Positions 29,590 to 38,570 are shown, numbered from the stretch's first letter. The stretch is 40,287 nt of DNA from a bacterium UBP13_UBA5359 (GCA_002410925.1 DHPR01000008.1:1-40287); one strand, 5' to 3'. Notes: generated from the sequence alone by a model not told the origin. Translations and numbers: made by a program.

Positions 29590-29703
29590 TTTTTCTCTCC
29601 CGCTGCGCTCTTCGAGCGCCGTTGTTTCGTCAGATACTAAGGCACTGATTTGAGAATTCGATCCCTCATACCTCAGTAACCTGCTTGGCCTTCTATCTCT
29701 TCT

Positions 29704-29955
29704 TTAATGTGCTTCTTTAGCCAGCGCCGTCTTTACCGATACATGCTTTACTCGTCCCAGACGTCCCGTCAGAGCGCTTATCTCATCACCGGAACCATCC
29801 ACAATAATGGAGATGATCGAGACACCGCGCTCCCGATAAGGTATTCCCATTCTGCCGACAATAAGAGCCGCAAAATGGTGTAAGACGCTATTGACCTCTT
29901 CAGCAGCTCTGAGGTCCTCTATTATGATTCCGACAACTCCCAATCGTTTCTGCAT
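29704..29955 (-). CDS. TM1266-family putative iron-only hydrogenase system regulator (ACT-like)
   Basis: RLGVVGIIIED...VN.VLH...IVGRMGIPY...ISALTGRLG; directly upstream of hydG. Confidence 0.88.
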   Translation of the reverse strand: MQKRLGVVGIIIEDLRAAEEVNSVLHHFAALIVGRMGIPYRERGVSIISIIVDGSGDEISALTGRLGRVKHVSVKTALAKEAH

Positions 29956-29970
29956 ATCGCCCTCCGACGA

Positions 29971-30003
29971 ACAAAAAGCCCTCCCTGCAGGGCACAGGAG
30001 GGC
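29971..30003 (-). terminator. Intrinsic terminator (attenuator) in the 5' leader of TM1266-hydG
   Basis: Minus strand GCCCTCCTG-loop-CAGGGAGGGC followed by TTTTTGTT, just before the RBS. Confidence 0.7.
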
Positions 30004-30023
30004 CGAAAGATAAAATCCGTATT

Positions 30024-30104
30024 CGACGCTTCATGCGCCCTTCCGCTTGGGAAAAGCCTTGCGGTCGGGTATTTTAATTACCGGCGCCGGAATAAATCCC
30101 GTCG
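30024..30104 (-). ncRNA. Candidate cis-regulatory RNA (riboswitch-like aptamer), class unassigned
   Basis: Nested stems between the promoter and the leader terminator: CGACG/CGTCG, GCGCC/GGCGC, GGTA/TACC, CC-GCAA-GG and TTCC/GGAA. Confidence 0.45.
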
Positions 30105-30117
30105 CTCGTATAATGCT

Positions 30118-30146
30118 ATTCTATTGCGCAAAGTGATCGATGTCAA
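30118..30146 (-). promoter_or_regulatory. Sigma70-type promoter for TM1266-hydG
   Basis: TTGACA-17 bp-TAGAAT on the minus strand. Confidence 0.7.
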
Positions 30147-30267
30147 ATTTTATTGACATGGCCGGAGCCCGATTATTGTAAAACACTGCTTGTTAGGGTA
30201 TATTCTTAGCATAACAGAGACAAGCATCAGGGGGAAGGCTATTACAGGGCTGTTTGGGAGGTAAGTT

Positions 30268-31152
30268 ATGCCGGAGAATATTCTCTCTTCAAGCTGGGAT
30301 ATAGTTGTTATCGGCGGCGGACCGGCCGGTCTGTCGGCAGCCGTTAATGCCGCTGTGCGCAACAAGAAGGTCCTGGTCCTGGAGCATCAGGGACTCTGTC
30401 GCAAGGTAGCCTGGGCAGAGAAGATCAATAATTACCTGGGGCTGCCGGCGATTGCCGGAAAGGATCTGGCGGCGGCTTATATCAGGCATTTCAAGGAGTT
30501 TGACATTCCTGTCCTTGAAAAACGGGCAGAGATGATAGTCGCTGCGAGCAACGGCTTGATGATCAATATAGGCACCGGAGATATCCAAGCTTCAGCCGTT
30601 ATTCTGGCGCTGGGGGTAATCTTCCAGCAGGCTCTGCCGGGTGAAGAGCACTTTCTTGGCCGCGGCATCAGTTACTGTGCCACCTGCGACGGTCCGCTCT
30701 ATCGCGGCCGGGATGTGGCTGTTTTGGCTTACGGACATGAGGCGGTGGAGGAGGCTAACTTTCTGGCGGAGATATGCCGTAGCGTCTATCTGCTAAAGGC
30801 TACGGACGATATATCCGGGCTGCGTCCGGAAGTTAGAATTATCGATAAGAAGCCTCAGGCGATCAAGGGCGATGATTTCGTAACTCATGTTATCGTTGAA
30901 GGAGAAGAGCTGCCGGTGGAAGCTGTTTTTATCATGCGTCCCACTCTTCCTGCCCAGCGCCTGCTCTTCGGGCTGGAGATCGAGAACGGATTTATCAAGG
31001 TTGGCCATGACCTCTCCTCTTCGGTTGCAGGAGTATGGGCTGCCGGAGATTGCACCGGCAAGCCGCATCAGATATCCAAAGCTGTGGGAGAAGGAGCGAC
31101 AGCTGCTCTCAATGCAGCAAAGTATCTGGAGGAAAAGAGGCCGGGAAGGTGA
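30268..31152 (+). CDS. Thioredoxin reductase-like flavoprotein (probably ferredoxin-dependent FFTR type)
   Basis: GGGPAGLSAA FAD motif, GISYCATCDG redox disulfide and AAGDCTG. The NADPH motifs are degenerate. Confidence 0.85.
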   Translation: MPENILSSSWDIVVIGGGPAGLSAAVNAAVRNKKVLVLEHQGLCRKVAWAEKINNYLGLPAIAGKDLAAAYIRHFKEFDIPVLEKRAEMIVAASNGLMINIGTGDIQASAVILALGVIFQQALPGEEHFLGRGISYCATCDGPLYRGRDVAVLAYGHEAVEEANFLAEICRSVYLLKATDDISGLRPEVRIIDKKPQAIKGDDFVTHVIVEGEELPVEAVFIMRPTLPAQRLLFGLEIENGFIKVGHDLSSSVAGVWAAGDCTGKPHQISKAVGEGATAALNAAKYLEEKRPGR

Positions 31153-31220
31153 ACACCAAGGCGAAGAGAAGAGAATCGATTATCATTAACGCTTGAAATT
31201 CAGATAGAAGCCTTGGCGCT

Positions 31221-31256
31221 ATAAAAACCTCCGGAGGGGTGTCCGGAGGTTTTTAT
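31221..31256. terminator. Bidirectional intrinsic terminator
   Basis: Perfect 15-bp inverted repeat ATAAAAACCTCCGGA / TCCGGAGGTTTTTAT. Confidence 0.85.
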
Positions 31257-31274
31257 TCTTTTTTGGCAGGGTAT
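31249..31274 (+). promoter_or_regulatory. SigB/SigF-type general stress promoter
   Basis: GTTTTT-14 bp-GGGTAT ahead of stress-type genes. Confidence 0.5.
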
Positions 31275-31307
31275 ATACGTTGTAAATGGAGTGGAAGGAG
31301 TAAGCCT

Positions 31308-32018
31308 ATGCCTGATGAATATGAACGCGACAGGGAGCGTGCAAAAGAAGAGAGAGCCGAAGAGCATGATAGGGAAGAGCGCAGGCGTGAAGAGCGATAT
31401 TATAGGCCCGGGTTTGACTGGATATCATTCCTTCTGGGGCTTCTTTTGGGAATGGCGCTTCTGGCTGTTCTATGGTTCTTTACCGGCTCACAGCGTATCA
31501 GCCAGGGACAGGCCCCTCAGCAGATAGCCTATGCCAGCCGAATCTGGGCGGCTGCAGGGAAGCCGCAAAAGATAAATGACAGTGAATTTATCCAGGTGGA
31601 TACGGCAGATGGGATCTCTATCTATGTGCGGCGCAATCAAAGCCGGCCTTACGCAGTAATATATATCAGAGAAGGAGAGAATACTTATCAATCCTATCAG
31701 CCGGTAGCGAGCTTCCCCGGCCCGCAGGCAGGCGGAGGAAGCACTGCTACCCCAACTATCCAGGAACCCACTGTCGCTACGCCACAGGATATAGCGCAGC
31801 AACGAGCTAATAAGCTGGTAAAACAGGTTATTATCAATGGTCAGACCTGGAATAAAGAGAACCTGGTAAGCGGTGAAAATCTTGATCTTGAGAGGTACGG
31901 CACATACACAGTGGGCAGGTTTAACGTATATAAGGAGGTTCAGACACCGGAAAATATGTTGAACGATATATATGTCGGTGTAGGATCCGGGTTGTACGTT
32001 CATTATCATAAAGATTGA
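31308..32018 (+). CDS. Hypothetical single-pass membrane protein
   Basis: Charged R/E-rich N-terminus, one TM helix (WISFLLGLLLGMALLAVLWFF), and two small domains joined by a Pro/Thr/Gly linker; RBS AAGGAG. Confidence 0.7.
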   Translation: MPDEYERDRERAKEERAEEHDREERRREERYYRPGFDWISFLLGLLLGMALLAVLWFFTGSQRISQGQAPQQIAYASRIWAAAGKPQKINDSEFIQVDTADGISIYVRRNQSRPYAVIYIREGENTYQSYQPVASFPGPQAGGGSTATPTIQEPTVATPQDIAQQRANKLVKQVIINGQTWNKENLVSGENLDLERYGTYTVGRFNVYKEVQTPENMLNDIYVGVGSGLYVHYHKD

Positions 32019-32033
32019 TAAAGGAGGCGAAAG

Positions 32034-32246
32034 ATGGCGGTTTTGAAAACTATAATGCTGACCGGTGTATCGGAACAGGGGTGGACGGATGCTGTGCATA
32101 CAGCTCTGGAAGAGGCGGCTGAAACCATAGAGGGAATTGAATGGATGGATATTAAAAGATATTCCGCCAGGATAGAAGATAACCGCATAAAGGAGTATAG
32201 AGCTGTCGTTAAGGTTACCTTCAAAGTTGAGCGGCATAAGCACTGA
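32034..32246 (+). CDS. Dodecin-family protein
   Basis: K.I.LTG.S..GW.DAV..A...A..T...I.W...EY...KVTFKVE; 70 aa. Confidence 0.88.
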   Translation: MAVLKTIMLTGVSEQGWTDAVHTALEEAAETIEGIEWMDIKRYSARIEDNRIKEYRAVVKVTFKVERHKH

Positions 32247-32282
32247 CGTAGCAATTTAGCTGATAAGGAGCGTGAATGAAAG

Positions 32283-32948
32283 ATGAAGAGCGATGCTGAA
32301 ATAGCGGCGGATGTTCTGGCATCTCTGGCCTGGGACCCGCGCGTGGACGAAACAGAGATATCTGTCCGTTCCAGCAATGGTGTCGTCGTTCTGTCAGGAA
32401 ACGTATCTACTTATGCTCGTAAGTTTGCCGCCGCCCAGGATACCAGAAGGGTGGAGGGTGTTAAGGATGTCGTCAATGAGATAAATGTCAGGCCGGAGAT
32501 TACCAGATCCGATTATGACATCGCCGATGATGTCAAGGCTGCTCTTACCTGGGATACGCGTGTCGATCCCAAGGAGATAGGTGTCGATGTCCGCGGCGGT
32601 GTCGTCACCCTTAGCGGTAAAGTAGATTCCTTTGCCGAAAAACGAGCGGCGGAAGAGGATACCTGGTGGACGCCGGGAGTAGTTGATGTAGACAATGATC
32701 TTTCCGTAATCAACTGGCAATCCAGGACGGATGAAGAGCTTAAGAATGCTGTTCATAATGCCTTTGTCCGTGACGTTTGGGTACCGACTAAGGATATTAT
32801 TATAGAAGTGATCGGAGGCGTTGTCAGGCTGAAAGGTGAAGTAGGTTCTTTTGCTGAAAAAACAGCGGCGGAAGATGATGCCTGGTGGACGCCGGGTGTC
32901 ATCAATGTTATCAATGATCTGGAAGTTCGCTCCCCGGCAGAAATATAA
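32283..32948 (+). CDS. BON-domain protein (three BON repeats, OsmY-like)
   Basis: Three repeats of D..I...V...L.WD.RV...I.V....GVV.L.G.V.S.AEK.AA......GV..V.N.L.V. Confidence 0.9.
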   Translation: MKSDAEIAADVLASLAWDPRVDETEISVRSSNGVVVLSGNVSTYARKFAAAQDTRRVEGVKDVVNEINVRPEITRSDYDIADDVKAALTWDTRVDPKEIGVDVRGGVVTLSGKVDSFAEKRAAEEDTWWTPGVVDVDNDLSVINWQSRTDEELKNAVHNAFVRDVWVPTKDIIIEVIGGVVRLKGEVGSFAEKTAAEDDAWWTPGVINVINDLEVRSPAEI

Positions 32949-32984
32949 AACGATATCCATTTTGTGTGCACAGGAGGGTTTAAT

Positions 32985-33173
32985 ATGGTATCTATGACAG
33001 CTATAGCCCAATATCTGGAGGGTATTGATTTTCCTGCTACCAAAGGTGATGTGCTTCTTTTTGCTCATGAGCATAATGCTCCTTTGGACGTTATCGATGC
33101 GCTGGAGAGGATGCCGGAAGGTACTTTTCACAGCATGGCCGGTATATGGGACGCTGTCGGAGAGATCTCATGA
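32985..33173 (+). CDS. DUF2795-like small protein
   Basis: YLEGIDFPATK..L..A....A...V..AL...P. Confidence 0.75.
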   Translation: MVSMTAIAQYLEGIDFPATKGDVLLFAHEHNAPLDVIDALERMPEGTFHSMAGIWDAVGEIS

Positions 33174-33703
33174 AGCGTCTGCAACAGGAATACCAGCCTA
33201 TGCGGCGCATCTTTTATCGCCCCAGACAGATCGATGCGGAGGATGGCAAATACCATATACGCAAAGAAGAGCCGTCGTTAGCCAGAATCTGTTCCGGCTG
33301 CGGTGCAATATCTTTGGAAAAGCGATGGTTTTTTGATAAAGCGCTAAAGGAAGAGCTCATAAACAGCGGGCAGTTCGAGTATGAATGTTGTCCGGGTTGT
33401 GCGGCGGTGGAGGCAGAGGAAGTAGGCGGGGTTGTTCTCCTAAGCGGAGGCTTTCTGGAAGGACGTACAGATGAACTGTTGAAGGCCATTCAGCATGAAG
33501 AAGAGGAATTGCGTGCAGATAATCCGGCATCTATGATTATCAATATAGCCTCTTCCGGTGAAAATATAGTTATTCGTACCGCCAATCCTTTTATGGCTGA
33601 GCGTATAGGTAAGAAACTGAAAAAGGCTTATGACGGTGAGTTGGCTATTATCTGGTCTCATGAGGATCGCTTGGTTAGAGTATATTGGTCACGGGAGGAA
33701 TAA
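33170..33703 (+). CDS. BCAM0308-like Zn-finger protein
   Basis: CSGCGA...KRW, CPGC, GGVVLLSG.F, AERIGK.L..AY.GEL...W...VRVYWSR. Confidence 0.7.
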   Translation: MKRLQQEYQPMRRIFYRPRQIDAEDGKYHIRKEEPSLARICSGCGAISLEKRWFFDKALKEELINSGQFEYECCPGCAAVEAEEVGGVVLLSGGFLEGRTDELLKAIQHEEEELRADNPASMIINIASSGENIVIRTANPFMAERIGKKLKKAYDGELAIIWSHEDRLVRVYWSREE

Positions 33704-33704
33704 G

Positions 33705-34352
33705 ATGCCCAGAGATGAGGAGATATGCTGGCAGATCAGAGAGGCTATGGCCAGGGATTTAGATCTCGATATTTATAGTATAAATATAGATTGCGTCAAT
33801 GGCCTGGTCAGGCTCGATGGTCTGGTGGAGAATGCCGAGGCAAGATCCAGAGCTGAGCAGATAGCTTCCGCGGTAGAGGGAGTCAGATTTGTGGATAACT
33901 CTCTTACCGTGCCTATAGATAGGGATATACCAGACAGAAAGCTTGAAGATGCAGCCCGGAAGGCGGCCAGCCGGGAAGCCGGACTCGATCTCAAAGATGT
34001 AGAGGTTGAAGCAGCCGAGGGAAATATTATTCTTAAAGGGAATGTACAATCCATCGGCGATGTCCGTAAGGCTGAAGAGGTGGTAGAAAGAATCAAGGGA
34101 GCCCGGGATGCCATAAACGAGCTTGGCGTGCACCATATCGGTTATGATGATCGGATCAACCTTACTGTAGAGCAGAATATTAATTCGGACAGGGAGCTGT
34201 CGCAACTCAATGTTACCGCTTATACGGAAGGAGGCACAGTCTTTCTGAATGGTGCGGTCAATACTATTGAGCAGCGCAAGCGGGCAGAAAGATTGGCTGG
34301 ACAGGTGGAGGGAGTCAGAGAAGTAAGAAACAGATTAGAAGTTCTGGATTGA
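33705..34352 (+). CDS. BON-domain protein (three BON repeats)
   Basis: Repeated G.V.L.G.V......AE......GV..V.N.L.V motif. Confidence 0.88.
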   Translation: MPRDEEICWQIREAMARDLDLDIYSINIDCVNGLVRLDGLVENAEARSRAEQIASAVEGVRFVDNSLTVPIDRDIPDRKLEDAARKAASREAGLDLKDVEVEAAEGNIILKGNVQSIGDVRKAEEVVERIKGARDAINELGVHHIGYDDRINLTVEQNINSDRELSQLNVTAYTEGGTVFLNGAVNTIEQRKRAERLAGQVEGVREVRNRLEVLD

Positions 34353-34391
34353 ACTAGACATATGTCTTCAGCATAATATATACTATATGAT

Positions 34392-35234
34392 ATGCTAAAG
34401 ACGATGACACAGCAGGGGTGCCTGTATGTTTGCGGCACCCCTATCGGCAATCTTGAGGATATATCGTTGCGCGCCCTGAAGATATTGCGCCAGGTGGATT
34501 TAGTGGCGGCAGAGGATACGCGGCATACCCGCAAACTGCTTAACTATTATGATATTAAGGTTGAGCTTATCTCCTATCATGAGCACAACAAATATGAACG
34601 CGGCCGTGAACTGGTGAGACGTATCGCAGATGGGCGGCAGGTGGCGTTGGTCTCAGATGCCGGTATGCCCGGCATATCGGATCCGGGGCATGAGCTGATA
34701 GCAGCCGTGCTGGAAGCCGAATTGGCGGTTATACCGGTGCCGGGACCGACAGCTGCCGTTACTGCGCTGGTAGTATCCGGCCTAAAGACGGACCGGTTTG
34801 CTTTTATGGGTTTCCTCCCCAGGAAGAGGAACGAACGGCTGGCAGAGCTTGAACGGCTGAAGAATTACCCCTATACAATAATCTTTTATGAAGCGCCGCA
34901 TCGGTTGAAGGCCACTCTAAGGGATATGTATGAAGTTCTGGGCAACAGAAAAGCCTCAGTATCACGCGAACTTACCAAGCTATATGAGGAAACCTTGAGG
35001 ACGCATTTGCAATCTCTGAGAGAACATTTTGAGCACAACGAACCCCGGGGAGAGATAACTCTGATAATCGAAGGCGCGGGAGAGGATTCTCTCGCTCATA
35101 TGCCTGCTGATATCGACCTCGATGAGCTGCTGCAACAGCTTCTTGCCGGCGGTCTTAGTAAGAGCGAGGCGGCACGTGAAGCAGCCTCAAGGACAGGTCT
35201 GCCGCGGCGCGAGCTGTATAAGCGGATGCTCTGA
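34392..35234 (+). CDS. rsmI: 16S rRNA (cytidine(1402)-2'-O)-methyltransferase
   Basis: TPIGNLEDIS.RA, AEDTRHT, LVSDAGMPGISDPG, FYEAPHR, RELTKLYEE, PRGEI. Confidence 0.96.
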   Translation: MLKTMTQQGCLYVCGTPIGNLEDISLRALKILRQVDLVAAEDTRHTRKLLNYYDIKVELISYHEHNKYERGRELVRRIADGRQVALVSDAGMPGISDPGHELIAAVLEAELAVIPVPGPTAAVTALVVSGLKTDRFAFMGFLPRKRNERLAELERLKNYPYTIIFYEAPHRLKATLRDMYEVLGNRKASVSRELTKLYEETLRTHLQSLREHFEHNEPRGEITLIIEGAGEDSLAHMPADIDLDELLQQLLAGGLSKSEAAREAASRTGLPRRELYKRML

Positions 35235-35346
35235 TTGAAGGGCCTTTCCGTGTTTTATTGAAACGAAACCGGTTGTGGCTTTCATCAGGCCGGTAACTGA
35301 ACAGGGTAATCGTAATTATAATTTATATATGCGAGGACAACCGATC

Positions 35347-36663
35347 ATGAGCAAGGATAGATCTCTTTCCCCTGAATTGCTGGAGCAGCATCTTTCTCAT
35401 TTGACAAAGGATATCGGAGTACGCCTGGCCGGGTCGGAGGGCGAGCGGCTGGCGGCCGAATATATTGCCGGAGAGTTTGCCGGCTATGGCGCCGCTGTAT
35501 CGTTGGAGGAATATGAGATCCAAAGCCGGGTAGTGGAGGAGCAGCATCTTTTAATCAATATCGGCGGCAGGTGGGAAGAGTTTCCCTGCTCTCTCTTTAG
35601 CAATACTCCCGGCACTGACGGCAGGATGCTGGAAGCACCCTTGGTCTTCTTTGAAGGTGCCGGCAGCAGTGGCCTTCCTGATCTTTCCGATTTACGAGGG
35701 CGGGCGGTAGTCCATCTGGGAACGCATATTGAATCCAGGAATTACTACCGCGCCCTGATGGAAGCCGAGCCTGCCTTTCTGTTGATGGTTGATATCAGGT
35801 ATCCCGGTAACGTACCCCTGGCCGACGGCATGTTTCCGGCTTATACGCACAGCATGGGAGCTCTGCCTACTGTCAATGTGGCCTTTATGGATGCCTGGAG
35901 ATGGAAAGCGGAGGGAGCAACAACAGCCCGTTTATCTGTTCGGGGAGGTATGCAGCCCGGTATCTCACAAAATGTGATCGCCGATCTTCCCGGAACGGAT
36001 CCCGGGTCCGGGCTGGTGATTATCGGTGCTCATCATGATACCCAGGCCGATTCTGTCGGCGCCGATGACAATGCGGTAGGAGTGGCCGGTCTGCTTGAGC
36101 TGGTCCGGGCCCTCTCTTCGTTGAAGTTGAAGAGAGATATCAGGTTGATCAGCTTTGGGGCGGAGGAGCAGCTATCGGTCGGCAGTGCCGTTTATGTGAG
36201 ACGGCACCGGCAGGAGATGAAAGAGAGAGGCCTGCTGATGGTCAATCTGGATAGCTACGGCTCTCTTCTGGGATGGACTGAACTGATCTGCAACGGATCG
36301 CAGGAGCTGGCCGATTACGCTCGCAGCTTCTACGAAGCGGGAGGGCAATATATAAAGATAAGCCGTAAAATGGAGCCTTATGCCGATCATTTTCCCTTTG
36401 TGGCTGCAGGCGTCTGCGGGCTGTACCTGGGACGCAGCAATTGTCTGGGCGGCAGGTTCTTTCACCATCGCCCCGATGACAATATGAGCCGAATATCGGT
36501 CCGGATAACAGCAAGCCTGCTTGCTTGCACCGCTGCTCTGATAAGAGATGCCTGTATGGCAAAGAGACCTTTCAAGCCGGGAATACCTTCTGAGGAGGCG
36601 CAGACTATAGCCGGCCTCTGGGAAGATCTCTTCGGCGGCTGGGATCAGTGCGTATCCTTGTAA
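35347..36663 (+). CDS. M28-family Zn aminopeptidase with PA-like insert
   Basis: GAHHDT, GADDNAVG, FGAEEQ, NLDS, ADH, FHHRPDD; no signal peptide. Confidence 0.85.
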   Translation: MSKDRSLSPELLEQHLSHLTKDIGVRLAGSEGERLAAEYIAGEFAGYGAAVSLEEYEIQSRVVEEQHLLINIGGRWEEFPCSLFSNTPGTDGRMLEAPLVFFEGAGSSGLPDLSDLRGRAVVHLGTHIESRNYYRALMEAEPAFLLMVDIRYPGNVPLADGMFPAYTHSMGALPTVNVAFMDAWRWKAEGATTARLSVRGGMQPGISQNVIADLPGTDPGSGLVIIGAHHDTQADSVGADDNAVGVAGLLELVRALSSLKLKRDIRLISFGAEEQLSVGSAVYVRRHRQEMKERGLLMVNLDSYGSLLGWTELICNGSQELADYARSFYEAGGQYIKISRKMEPYADHFPFVAAGVCGLYLGRSNCLGGRFFHHRPDDNMSRISVRITASLLACTAALIRDACMAKRPFKPGIPSEEAQTIAGLWEDLFGGWDQCVSL

Positions 36664-37247
36664 GCCTTGAGATCGTTCAGCACTTGCTCCAGCCTGTTGA
36701 TCAGTAAATCCAGCTCTTTATCCGATTGCACAGCTTCATAAGCCCCCACCTTGAAGATTTCGGCATAACGGTTGCTGCCCCAATTGGATAGCACCCTTAT
36801 CATCAGATACTTTGTCTTAACAGGCTTGAAATAGAAATCCTGCTGGTTCGAGCGCAGTTCTAAACGAAAGTTACCTACGGAAGAAAAACCCTCCCGAGGG
36901 CCGGAAGTGGATACCAGTATCTCAAAATCCTTTATCCAGCGTACATCTATATCTCTGACGAAAGCCAGCATGGATACCTTGTTAATCTCTATTACCGCTT
37001 CATCCTTGAAAGCAAAGACAATTTCCTGCGGAAAGACAGCGTCAGAGCTGCTCCAGCCGCAATCAGTCTTCTTCTCGTCTATCAGGTTGGACGCCGCCCA
37101 GGTATTGTCATTATACTGGCTGGTGAAACCGATCAGCTTGCCACCGTTGGAGATATCCAGCAGATTACTGCCGCCGGAGGCGGCGAAAGCAGGAAGAGAT
37201 AATACTAGAGAGAGGCTTAAACAGATTAATATCTTGATTTTTGACAT
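36645..37247 (-). CDS. Secreted discoidin (F5/8 type C, CBM32-like) domain protein with C-terminal coiled coil
   Basis: Signal peptide; W.ASNLID....GW.S....PQEI; F.PVKTKY..IRVLSNWG. Confidence 0.75.
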   Translation of the reverse strand: MSKIKILICLSLSLVLSLPAFAASGGSNLLDISNGGKLIGFTSQYNDNTWAASNLIDEKKTDCGWSSSDAVFPQEIVFAFKDEAVIEINKVSMLAFVRDIDVRWIKDFEILVSTSGPREGFSSVGNFRLELRSNQQDFYFKPVKTKYLMIRVLSNWGSNRYAEIFKVGAYEAVQSDKELDLLINRLEQVLNDLKAYKDTH

Positions 37248-37520
37248 AACATCCGACCTCCTGAGATAGTTCAATACAATATTAAGCATTTGCGGCCCAA
37301 ATAATGCCAAACGGACTATCTTCTAATATATGCCTGTTCGTTATACTTACGGTATGCGAACATCTGATTACATTATAATACAATTTATGATAAAGCGCAT
37401 AGTCGCTTAGCAAGCACATACAGCCGAGAGGCTTTATCGTCCTGGGAAAATAGAGGGAATCAATGCATCTGTATAGAATTAAATTAAGCAAGCGAAGGGT
37501 GATATTCATATGTCAATAGG

Positions 37521-38384
37521 ATGCCTGTTATGACCGATGATTATATTAAACCCGTCCATGAGCCTGTGCTTATGCATCCCGATGACCCTCCAATAATCGT
37601 TTCTTGGGCGAGAGCTATATTCAACAATCATGCATTAACTTATCATCGGGAGGTAGAGCTACAGTTCATAAGGCAGGGCCAGGGGGCATATTTTATTCAG
37701 GATCAGAATTATGCCTTTAAGAAGAATTCCCTGATTGTAATTCGTCCTAATGAGTTACACAGGTTGATACCCCATCCCGATCTGCGGCTAGAGAAATATA
37801 CTGTTCTTTTCCCGGAAAATGTGTTGGAAGGCGATAGCAAATCGGCCCCTTTCTCTGTAGATTTTCCCCGGCATATCAGCTTGCCGGAAAGAGATGCTAC
37901 AGATATAGAGATAATTCTCAGAAGTATAGAAGCGGAGAGAAGATATCGTCGATCTTACTGGATGGAGGTGGTAAAGACGGATTTAAAAAAGCTCCTCCTG
38001 TTTATAAGAAGAAACCGTATTTCAGGTAACGAGGATGCGCCGAAACCTGAGAATCAATTGGTGAAAAAAATAGTAAGTTATATAGAGCAGAACTTTGCGC
38101 AGGACCTTACGCTTAACTCCTTATCCGAAATATTCTCTCTGTCACCCAGCTATCTGTCGCGTCTTTTCAAAAGAAGCACCGGCTTGAACCTGAAGCATTA
38201 CGTTCTTCAGAGACGTATCCTTGAGGCAAAACGTTTATTGGAGAATGACCCCATGCTCAAGATATCCGCGATGCCGCAGATGGTTGGCTTCAACGATTTC
38301 CCGGTATTCAATCAAAACTTCAAACAGATTGTCGGGCTTACACCTTCCGCCTATCGCAAGGTTATGAGCGAGCATAATAAATAA
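37521..38384 (+). CDS. AraC-family transcriptional regulator
   Basis: Cupin-like N-domain; C-terminal double HTH (LSPSYLSRLFKRSTG, VGFND...F.Q.FK..VGLTPSAYRK). Confidence 0.92.
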   Translation: MPVMTDDYIKPVHEPVLMHPDDPPIIVSWARAIFNNHALTYHREVELQFIRQGQGAYFIQDQNYAFKKNSLIVIRPNELHRLIPHPDLRLEKYTVLFPENVLEGDSKSAPFSVDFPRHISLPERDATDIEIILRSIEAERRYRRSYWMEVVKTDLKKLLLFIRRNRISGNEDAPKPENQLVKKIVSYIEQNFAQDLTLNSLSEIFSLSPSYLSRLFKRSTGLNLKHYVLQRRILEAKRLLENDPMLKISAMPQMVGFNDFPVFNQNFKQIVGLTPSAYRKVMSEHNK

Positions 38385-38570
38385 TATCGTTTATTCTGAA
38401 AATAATTATAGAGTGTGGATAATATGGAGAACAACATAAAAGCATAAGATGACAAAAAATCATATGATATGGACAAGTAACCATATTGCTATCTTATGAC
38501 TGTGGAAATATCATATAACTACGGCAGATAGCTTTGGAGGCGAAGAATAAAAGATCGGGGGGCCAGGAAA

